Source of the DNA: Candidatus Latescibacterota bacterium
GTDB lineage: Bacteria > Latescibacterota > UBA2968 > UBA8231
Assembly: GCA_965217585.1 (NCBI GenBank)
Contig: OZ244561.1
Coordinates: 3,040,001 to 3,104,000 of the forward strand
Length of the DNA: 64,000 bases
Reading direction: 5' to 3'
Shown: positions 9,119 through 17,117 of the stretch, in pieces
How the letters are laid out: every line of letters starts with the position of its first letter
How positions within the stretch are numbered: position 1 is the stretch's first letter
Made by a program: the position numbers and the translations under genes
The notes under the pieces: model-generated
What the model saw: only the letters and a program-made list of their open reading frames with translations
What the model was told of the DNA's origin: nothing
The model's database searches: none

Positions 9119-10654
9119 TCAATGTAGGCTGGCGATAAAGGCATTGAGAAACGGCAAGAGTACACCCACCAAAGCTCCCAGTACCGCCCCCAGCAAATTG
9201 ATATAGCGCAATTGGTCGCTGATGATGTCCTTGATTAGACGCTCCACCCGCAACAGATCGAACTTCATAATTTTGGCGTATACCATGCTTTGGATATCGA
9301 ATCGTTCAATCAGTACGGGTACATTCGCCTCCAGTAGCTTTGTCGCCTTTTCCTGTGTCCACTGAACTAGCGCTTGCTCATCATCTTGTCTCAGGCCGGT
9401 CCACTCCCGCAACGGCGCACGGCTGTGCTGTAGGCGTTCCCGCAAGAAAGTGCTCAACAGCACACTCCAGGGTTCAATCTTATCGCGGGGCAACCGCAAC
9501 GCCTTTGACAAGCGCTGGCGCATGGTGCGTCGCACCCCCTCTGGCACCACCTCGTCGAGTTGACGCTTGCTGTGCTGATGGTACTGGTGGCGCAAAAAGC
9601 TCCCCAGCGCCTCCTGCGCTTCCGTGCTTGAAATCCAAGTCGCGGTAATAGAACCAACGCGCTGGGCCAAAACATGGCGGTGATCTCCTACCACCTCTAC
9701 TACTGGCTTGTGCAATAAGGCGTTGACACTATCGAGTAGCTGTCTAGCGATCTGCTCCCGAACTTCCTCGCTGTGCAAGTACTCCCGGGCCAGTCGGGGA
9801 ATGCGCTGATGCAATGCTTGGGTGATCTCTTCGCGGAAAAAGTGCAATCCCAAATTGGTGATCAGACTCTTGAGCCAATTCGCTTGTCCGGCGTATGCCT
9901 CCAGGGCTTTTAAGATTCGCTCGACCAGAGATTCCACATTCTCGGGATCCCTCAGCCAGCGGGCTATACGCTCCAGTATTTCTGGGATTTCGCGCTGCAA
10001 ACGATCGTGTAATACATCGCGCAATTCCGCAGGGAGGATTTTCTCTATCGGCGTATCCGATCCGAGATAGCCCTCCAATCGCTCCTGCAGGGAATGCGTC
10101 AGGTGCTCTCGCGTTTCCCGCTTGGCCAATACGCCGCTAACCGCTGAGATGAATTCATCGAGTTGCTCTGCCGACAGCACCTGTCCGACTTGCAGCGTGC
10201 CCAAGCGTGCTTCCAGCGCGTCCAAAAGCCACTGCTTTAACTCCAGTCCCGACTCGCTTTCGCTCCAGTCGGCGCTCCATTCGAGCAATCGTCGCGTTGT
10301 TTTATCCAAGCCCTCCTCGCGCCAGTCCGGCGGCAATTGAGCGAAACCAGAAGCCAGACTGGCACTTAATAACCGATCTATCTGAACGGCGACAAAGCGA
10401 TGCAAACTCTCCTGCAAAGTCGCGTTCTGTAGCTGCTCTAACAAATAGTCTCGGGCCAATAAATCGGTCCCTACAACCCTAGAGATGTTGACGGCGAGTT
10501 TCTTCTTATTGCGCGGAATGACCCCTTGCCAGCCTAGGCTGTACCAGCGCGGTCGCAGTGGACGGAACAGCGACTTGATGGCCAGCCAGTTGGTGCCAAA
10601 ACCGATTAGCGCCCCCAGCGCGGCGCTGGCGACGATTTGGCTTGTAGTGATCAA
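9119..10654 (-). CDS. DUF445 family membrane protein
   Basis: GALIGFGTNWLAIKSLFRP...QGVIPR; C-terminal LRYINLLGAVLGALVG. Confidence 0.85.
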   Translation of the reverse strand: MITTSQIVASAALGALIGFGTNWLAIKSLFRPLRPRWYSLGWQGVIPRNKKKLAVNISRVVGTDLLARDYLLEQLQNATLQESLHRFVAVQIDRLLSASLASGFAQLPPDWREEGLDKTTRRLLEWSADWSESESGLELKQWLLDALEARLGTLQVGQVLSAEQLDEFISAVSGVLAKRETREHLTHSLQERLEGYLGSDTPIEKILPAELRDVLHDRLQREIPEILERIARWLRDPENVESLVERILKALEAYAGQANWLKSLITNLGLHFFREEITQALHQRIPRLAREYLHSEEVREQIARQLLDSVNALLHKPVVEVVGDHRHVLAQRVGSITATWISSTEAQEALGSFLRHQYHQHSKRQLDEVVPEGVRRTMRQRLSKALRLPRDKIEPWSVLLSTFLRERLQHSRAPLREWTGLRQDDEQALVQWTQEKATKLLEANVPVLIERFDIQSMVYAKIMKFDLLRVERLIKDIISDQLRYINLLGAVLGALVGVLLPFLNAFIASLH

Positions 10655-10790
10655 TGGGGAACCTCTTATTTACCTCGGTGACAAAAATCGAAATGGTTAA
10701 GCCGTTCACTGGCAAAGCGCAGACAGGCGCGAATATCTTCAGAAGCGTTCTTAAAACTAGGGTTTCGGTCTCTTACTTGGCCCCAAGCAT

Positions 10791-10814
10791 CTGGGAACGA
10801 GGGCGTCTCGCCCT
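10791..10814 (+). repeat. REP-like short palindrome
   Basis: CTGGGAACG followed by AGGGCG-TCT-CGCCCT hairpin; single copy in window. Confidence 0.35.
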
Positions 10815-10933
10815 GCGGCTGGCACTGGCCAACGTCTTTCACGACTGAGATATAACCGGGTCTGGGAAGGGCACATCCCTGACCGGGACGCGGAGATTCT
10901 GCTGCCTCGGCTCAGGGCGCTGTGGGGTTGAAT
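10812..10933 (+). pseudogene. shard of the metallophosphoesterase gene or a close paralog
   Basis: 10812-10851 matches 4747-4786; 10854-10933 matches 5192-5271 including the stop codon; ~400 bp between them missing. Confidence 0.85.
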
Positions 10934-11344
10934 TACCTTCGTCTTCTGAACTCCCGCCATTGCGATACCGCAACTAGGTAGTGTCGAAAAAACAAGTTGA
11001 AAAGTCGTCTTATACAGGCCAGATTTTCACCCCATGTCGCTTCGCAGTCGGACGTTTCTTTTTGGGCCACGGCAATCCGTAACTGGCATCCGAAAGAGAA
11101 CGCTGGAACTCTTTGAACGAGATCGTCAAAGAAACGTTCTCCATCACTTTTTTATAGAGCGTTTCTGCAATTCTCTGCGCAGCAATAGATTCCGAATATG
11201 AAACATTGTGTTCCCCAGTATGTACTAACGCCGAACGAGCACTATAAAGGGAACGGATATCTTTTGCGATTATAGCTCGGTCTTCAGCATCCGGGCTCAA
11301 AATCGTTGCTGCATATCGAGATATTGTTTGAATAACCGGTGCGG

Positions 11345-12610
11345 CAGGGCAATCGCATTATAAGTTGATTTTTACCATGCGGTTATGTTACTTTTGGCCG
11401 TTCTATGGAGATTAGCTTCATGTCCTCCCATTTCCCTCTTGCTCGGAGTGTTTCTTCATGCCCTCATCGTCTTCAGGGTTGCTGGATTATCTGGCCGATA
11501 TCCCCGACCCGCGTATGGAGCGTTGTCGGGCGCATCGCTTGATTGATATTCTCATGATTGCGGTGTGTGGCTCTATCTGCGGGGCCGACAACTGGGTGGC
11601 GATCGCCGAATTTGGCCGGGCTAAAACCGACTGGCTTAAGACGTTCTTGGCTTTGCCCAACGGCATCCCCTCGCATGATACCTTCGGTCGCGTGTTGGCC
11701 CGTATTTCGCCTTGGCATTTCCAAGACTGTTTCACCGCTTGGGTGCAATCGCTGATGCCGAAGTTGGCCGACGAAGGCGAGATCGTGCCGCTGGATGGCA
11801 AGACGCTGCGCCGCTCCTACGATACAGGCTCGGGCCAAGCCGCCATCCACATGGTGCATGCTTGGGCGGTAAAAAATCGGCTGGTCTTGGGACAATTCCA
11901 TGGTGAAGAAGCCTTGGAAGAAATCTCGATTATCCCCGAATTATTACGCGTGTTAGGCCTCAAAGGCTGCCTGGTCACCACCGATGCGTTGGGGTGTCAT
12001 ACGAGCACGGCCGAACAGGTCGTCGAACAAGAGGCCGACTATGTGCTGGCCGTCAAGGCCAATCAACCCAAACTCCACGCCCATCTCCAACAGCTTTTTG
12101 ACCGTTCCGACTCGAAACTCCACGCTGATCCCGCCGTAGATTATTGGGGTACTCAGGACGAAAACCACGGGCGTTGCGAAACGCGGCAGTACTGGACCAC
12201 CGACCAGATCGAGGATTTTGCCGGGCATGCCCTGTGGCCGGGCTTACGCCTGTTTGGTATGGTCGAGGCCACCCGGCGCTGCGGCGATACTGTTTCGGTC
12301 GAACGACGTTACTATATCTCCACGCTGGACAACAACGCCCAACGGTTGGGGCAGGCCGTGCGCGGGCATTGGGCTATTGAGAATGCATTACACTGGATCC
12401 TTGATGTCGTCTTCAACGAAGATCAGTCCCGCATACGCCGGGGGCATGGCCCCGAAAATATGGCCGTTATACGCCACATCGCGCTCAATCTACTCCAGCA
12501 AGACAAAACGACCAAAGCCGGCATGCAAACCAAACGGCTCAAGGCTGGCTGGGACCACAAATATCTGGCTAAACTTTTGTCGCATGGCCATTTATAATGC
12601 GATTGCCCTG
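11345..12610 (+). mobile_element. ISAs1-family IS, copy 1
   Basis: Perfect 19-bp TIR CAGGGCAATCGCATTATAA; 9-bp TSD CCGGTGCGG at 11336-11344 and 12611-12619. Confidence 0.95.
11458..12597 (+). CDS. ISAs1 transposase
   Basis: DPR...H, PSHDTF, DGK, DALGC, VKANQ, HWAIENALHWILDV. Confidence 0.95.
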   Translation: MPSSSSGLLDYLADIPDPRMERCRAHRLIDILMIAVCGSICGADNWVAIAEFGRAKTDWLKTFLALPNGIPSHDTFGRVLARISPWHFQDCFTAWVQSLMPKLADEGEIVPLDGKTLRRSYDTGSGQAAIHMVHAWAVKNRLVLGQFHGEEALEEISIIPELLRVLGLKGCLVTTDALGCHTSTAEQVVEQEADYVLAVKANQPKLHAHLQQLFDRSDSKLHADPAVDYWGTQDENHGRCETRQYWTTDQIEDFAGHALWPGLRLFGMVEATRRCGDTVSVERRYYISTLDNNAQRLGQAVRGHWAIENALHWILDVVFNEDQSRIRRGHGPENMAVIRHIALNLLQQDKTTKAGMQTKRLKAGWDHKYLAKLLSHGHL

Positions 12611-13789
12611 CCGGTGCGGTCTTGTCGTTGCTAGATAACAGAGACTCGATTGCCGTAAAAAAGAAAAGGAATCGTTCCGCACGATCCACTGTCTGGCGTC
12701 CGCGGGTAAGCCAGCCAAGCCCTTGGCTGAAGCGCTTCGCCAAGCTATTCTTGTGAGGGTTAAAGATTACCCTTGCTCTATCCTTGAATTCTTTTTCTTT
12801 AGTTATCGCGGCTACAGCATCATCGACAACATATAATCTAGGGATTGATGAGTTTGTTTTTACATTGTTATTGAGTATGTCGATTATGATGCCTTGATCA
12901 TTTACTTTTGGCTTGATCAGTGGCATTGTCTCAACTTCACCGAATGAAGGAAAAAAATCAACTTTCGATCGTGAATAAGAAAGACGAAGAAAACTGATGG
13001 CGACATTGATCAACCAAGCAGCCTCTTCTCTGACATTTCCCTCGGTTACATCAACAGAGACGTGCCAGCAAATTTGAGGCAGTTGAATCAGCATTCCGTT
13101 CGGACCTAAGAATATAGAAAACTCTGATCCAGACTCGATATTGTAGTTCAAATTGGGTATTAAATCGTCCGATAGAATTGCTTCTACTGGACCAATTTCA
13201 ATTTTTCGTGCCTGTTCATGGAATTTTATTAAGTGATTTGGAGCGACATATTTGAAACTACGCTTCGTATGATTACTGAGTGCGTCCAAGAAGCGCTTCG
13301 TAATGATAGATACCTCTGGAGCTGAATTATTTGCGAGACTTAGCGCGACTTGCTCCCAAGCCAGTTCTTCAACTTCTTTTTCGTTTCCTAAATTTGCTCC
13401 CAATAGCTTAACGCATCGAGCGACAAAATCGTATTGTGCTTTGAGAACATCGTCAGTCACTACGAACAAGAAGCCTTTACTAAGTCTGATATCTTCTTTA
13501 ATAAAATCCTCTTCATTAAGCTGACTACGGTGAGAGGCACATGCAGCCCGAAAAAAGATGTCTGCTTTATTCTTAAGTTCTTGGTCTGATTTGCACTTGT
13601 TAATGACTTGGTTGTCCATAGCTCACTTCTCCTGAGATGCCGGCTTAAAATAGTGTTCGATCTAGCCAGAGCTTGAAAGGATGTAATGCCGTCCGTGTAG
13701 AGATGTTCATGTCGGTGCGAAGATGTAATTCTGACACAGTTTTTGCTTACGGTATTGGTGTTAATTGAGTCTGCCCAGAGACGACCCAC

Positions 13790-13975
13790 ACCACATATCC
13801 TATGGACTGAAGCACGTCTTCTTTTTCGAGTTCTGGGTACGCTCCAAGACTTCTGTGACGGATTTGCCCCCGGCCAGCATTCTGAATATCACGCCTATAG
13901 TGATCCTCATGCCCCAACAGTGGGTCGTCCCAAGCAGGTGCTGGGATCGATAGTTATGCGGTCAAGATCTTTCAA
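13790..13975 (-). pseudogene. degenerate DUF433 antitoxin
   Basis: Pieces across three frameshifts: LDRITIDPSTCLGRPTV / GMRITIGVIFRMLAG / GKSVTEVL / AYPELEKEDVLQSIGY. Confidence 0.75.
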
Positions 13976-13985
13976 TTGATGACTT

Positions 13986-14207
13986 CTATCCGTTACTCTC
14001 CATCGCCGCACCCGAACAGGCAAACCGCAGACAGGCGCGAATATCCTCGGATTCAAGGTCTGGATGCTCGGCCAAAATCTGTTCAGTAGTCAAGTCGGCG
14101 GCGAGCAAATCCAGTACATCCGTGACGCGAATCCGCATCCCCCGAACACAGGGTCGTCCCCCGCATTGCTTGGGATTTACCGTGATGCGATCGGTTAGAA
14201 TAGCCAT
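13986..14207 (-). CDS. DUF433 family antitoxin-like protein
   Basis: RITVNPKQCGGRPCVRGMRIRV...HPDLESEDIRACL. Confidence 0.9.
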   Translation of the reverse strand: MAILTDRITVNPKQCGGRPCVRGMRIRVTDVLDLLAADLTTEQILAEHPDLESEDIRACLRFACSGAAMESNG

Positions 14208-14234
14208 AGCGGTCCTTTCTTACACAGTTCTATT

Positions 14235-16460
14235 TCAAGTTCGAAACCGCCAAGGAATAGTGGCGAAAAAATTTTTGATCTCCTCATAACGTTTCATTCT
14301 CTTTTTGAGGACTTGGAGGTCTTCTTGGCTGTCTTTAAAAGCATCTTTAAGCTCCTTGATATATTTCTTGTGCTGCTTATCAAGGTTATCTGCGCCCTTA
14401 TTGAAAGCAGTCAAAGTTTCCTTCCAGAAGGATTCGGAATCCTTCTCAATGCTTGAAAGTACGTTCTTCTCATCAAACAAGCCTTTGATTTTCTTGGCCA
14501 AACGTAGTTGCCAACTGTCTCCAAAAAGCAATTTAAAAGAAGCTCCTACCGCAATGGCCACTCCGAGTGCTAAGGTAATTGGCCCTCCCAGTGTCGAGAC
14601 AAGTGCAGTGGCACCAGCCGTACCGCCCGCGACAGAGATTCCCGTAGCGGACAGAGCACTAACCCCCTTTGCAACGATCACATATCCGCCAAGGTTGCCC
14701 AAGGTGGCAGCCCAAGCACCAAGGGCACCAAGGGTACCAAGTCCCGCTAATCCCCCGATAAATGCCCCCCTTGCATCAAATGGTGTGGAAAATTCTTCTT
14801 TTATGTTCGCATTGCCGAACTTTCCTATTTGCTCATCGTAGCTTTTTACGAATTTCTCAATGATATTGCGAGTCTCATTTATTAATTTTTCCCGATGACT
14901 CGCCGTCTTGGATTGAATTTCTTTAAGGACATAAGCGGAGGCATACTTCTGAGCGTCTTTCTTATCCTTGTAGCGTCGTTTTATCATCGCCTCCAGTTTC
15001 TCGACTTTCGTTTCCTCTTCAAAAACCGCTCGTATTTTTTTTAAATCTTCTTCCTTGAATGTGGTAATTTTCTTTTTTATTCGCGTCACCTCTTTATCAT
15101 AGTTCTTCTTTCTTTCAGGTTCCTCCATTTCCAATCGTTTATAGTAACTTCTTGCTTCTTTCAGATGTCTCCGAATTTTCTCATATCCGCTGATTGCCTT
15201 CGCGTAAGTGTCTGTTCCCTCCTCCTTAAATTTGAGGATTTCTTGTCCTGCAAGAATCCTCTTAATGGACGGCATTTTCTGCTCCAGCAAGTCTTTTAAT
15301 TCCTTTTCCAGCTTTTCTCGTTTGCGGGGCTCTTCTTGGTAAAAGCTGAAAAAACGAGCGGCAACATCCTTACTCGATATTAGCCGTCCGTGCCTGCTTA
15401 ATTTTTTAAGGAGATTGCCTTCAAGGTGGTTATAGAGTGCCTCGCTCCCCCCTTTTAATATCTCATCCTCAAGCTGGGGTCTTTTTATACCTGGATGGGC
15501 GTGCGAAGCAATGATGAAAAGATTGCCGAGAATGGGAAAGTTCTCATCAATTGCTCTATAAGGTGGGATGCTGCGTAATAAATGGCTAAGATGTGCGAGG
15601 TCTCCACCATCGATAAATCCTTGCGCAGGACAAAGATACAACAAAACCTCTGCACGACGGCCTAGCCGATCAATAACAGAGGCATTTGTCATCTCGTCGT
15701 CGTATCCAGGCAAATCTACTAAGACGCACGAGTGGAGCAATGGAGCTTTGATAAAAGCCAAGACGGCTCCTTCCTCACTCTTATCTTTTCTACCTTCTAG
15801 GTGGCCTTTCGTGCGTAGCGTATCCCAACTCCCGGCCAAGACGCGGTTATCGGTACAGTACTTTTCCTCGTTCCATCTCTCAGGATCAAAATCAGGTCCC
15901 ATGAGCCACAGATCTTCCTTAAACCATTCGGGCTGGTCAGAGGTATGACGAACAAATGTTGGGTACTTTGTTACTGGACGGTAACCAGTGGGAAGTTGAT
16001 CCCCTCCTAAGTAGAAATTGCAGAGATGGGACTTCCCCGCATCAAAATGCCCGGTGAGTACAACCCATGGTTTTTCTTTTAAGGCGGTAACACGGTCACG
16101 GAACTGCTTAACAGTTGGGTTAATTGGTTCATCCCCCATCTTTTCAAGGTGGGGAAATCGGTCAATGTACTGCCGCAGTAGATTTAAGTCTTCTGTAAGA
16201 GACCCATACAGACTGCTATCGAAGTCAAAGATTGTTTCTTCTGACTCTGACGGGAGTGGAAGAAGCTCGTCAAGAAGCTCAAGAAGCTCGTCAATTGTGC
16301 ATCCTATGGCTCTCGCCCACGCTCTTAACAGATTACTAGGAATTTCTCTGTTGGCCTCGTATTTGGATACTTGGGCTTGAGTAATATCAAGGCTTTGAGC
16401 TAGATCAGCTTGGGTCAATCTTGCTTCTTTTCTAAGTGCCGCTAAGTCCTTTACAGACAT
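14235..16460 (-). CDS. XRE-HTH fused dynamin-like (LeoA-type) GTPase
   Basis: N-terminal HTH (LRKEARLTQADLA..ITQAQVSKYE); G1 GHFDAGKS, G2 PVT, G3 DLPG; coiled coil; long Gly/Ala hydrophobic segment near C-terminus. Confidence 0.75.
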   Translation of the reverse strand: MSVKDLAALRKEARLTQADLAQSLDITQAQVSKYEANREIPSNLLRAWARAIGCTIDELLELLDELLPLPSESEETIFDFDSSLYGSLTEDLNLLRQYIDRFPHLEKMGDEPINPTVKQFRDRVTALKEKPWVVLTGHFDAGKSHLCNFYLGGDQLPTGYRPVTKYPTFVRHTSDQPEWFKEDLWLMGPDFDPERWNEEKYCTDNRVLAGSWDTLRTKGHLEGRKDKSEEGAVLAFIKAPLLHSCVLVDLPGYDDEMTNASVIDRLGRRAEVLLYLCPAQGFIDGGDLAHLSHLLRSIPPYRAIDENFPILGNLFIIASHAHPGIKRPQLEDEILKGGSEALYNHLEGNLLKKLSRHGRLISSKDVAARFFSFYQEEPRKREKLEKELKDLLEQKMPSIKRILAGQEILKFKEEGTDTYAKAISGYEKIRRHLKEARSYYKRLEMEEPERKKNYDKEVTRIKKKITTFKEEDLKKIRAVFEEETKVEKLEAMIKRRYKDKKDAQKYASAYVLKEIQSKTASHREKLINETRNIIEKFVKSYDEQIGKFGNANIKEEFSTPFDARGAFIGGLAGLGTLGALGAWAATLGNLGGYVIVAKGVSALSATGISVAGGTAGATALVSTLGGPITLALGVAIAVGASFKLLFGDSWQLRLAKKIKGLFDEKNVLSSIEKDSESFWKETLTAFNKGADNLDKQHKKYIKELKDAFKDSQEDLQVLKKRMKRYEEIKNFFATIPWRFRT

Positions 16461-16518
16461 CAGACAACCTCCTTTATGATTTCTGCGATGTTTTCCACGA
16501 TCGAGCTGTTGAGTTAAG

Positions 16519-16824
16519 TTATCGTTTCGCCAACCCCTTCTGCCGTCCGAGGCGCAGTGTGCGTTTCTGATCCGCTGGCCGTGAGGGATAGGCGGTGACG
16601 ACGCTCTTGCCGCGCATCACGACCTTGCAATTCGCAAGGCGTTCCAGTACTTGGATTTCCCGCTTGCGGATCTCGATTTCGCGGGCGACATCCCGCCTGA
16701 GCGCAATCCAAGCCTCGTCGTCAACCTGCGTTCCCCACTCGATAATGAGGGGAATATCCTTTTCGCGAATGCCCCGCTGCTGCATGCGCGTCTCGGCGTG
16801 GCGGGTATAAGTGATGTCAGTCAT
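16519..16824 (-). CDS. DUF4258-like small protein (putative RNase toxin fold)
   Basis: YTRHAETRMQQRGI...VVMRGKSVVTAY. Confidence 0.7.
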   Translation of the reverse strand: MTDITYTRHAETRMQQRGIREKDIPLIIEWGTQVDDEAWIALRRDVAREIEIRKREIQVLERLANCKVVMRGKSVVTAYPSRPADQKRTLRLGRQKGLAKR

Positions 16825-16909
16825 TGGTCCTCTCCTCCATTTTTCATTTAGGAGTTGGTCCTTCGGGAATCAGCCTCTCACTTACCACTCTTTCTCTAAA
16901 ACTCTGCGT

Positions 16910-16938
16910 AATATATAATCTCAAAATACTCGTGTCAA
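16910..16938 (-). promoter_or_regulatory. sigma70-type promoter of the DUF4258/HTH-dynamin operon
   Basis: TTGACA-17 bp-TATATT; palindrome GAATAT-TT-ATATTC at 16968-16981 is a candidate operator. Confidence 0.65.
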
Positions 16939-17117
16939 GATTTATTTAGTAATTTTATTCCAAATATGAATATTTATATTCGCAGGCCAAGGTGAGAGAG
17001 ATTTCTCATATTTAGAGAACACATGTTCAATAGTTAAGTCGGTGGCAAGCAAATCCAGCACATTTCAAAAAATTTACCAGACCTGTGATGCAGGCGGTGC
17101 TTATGGGTAAATACCTT

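Larger units (their letters stand above)
11010..13619 (-). pseudogene. HEPN-domain protein (ApeA/RiboL-PSP-like) interrupted by ISAs1; 444 aa when reconstructed
   Basis: Removing the IS and one TSD joins ...FTAIESLLSSNDKTAP|VIQTISRYAA...LYSARSALVHTG (Rx4H motif) in frame; AT-rich. Confidence 0.8.

Noticed and set aside
12423-12610. C-terminus of the 398-aa ORF in the track
   Set aside because: Read-through into ISAs1; the true C-terminus is at 11010-11344
7826-17000. Integron cassette array
   Set aside because: No integrase, no repeated attC-like sites, mixed gene orientation
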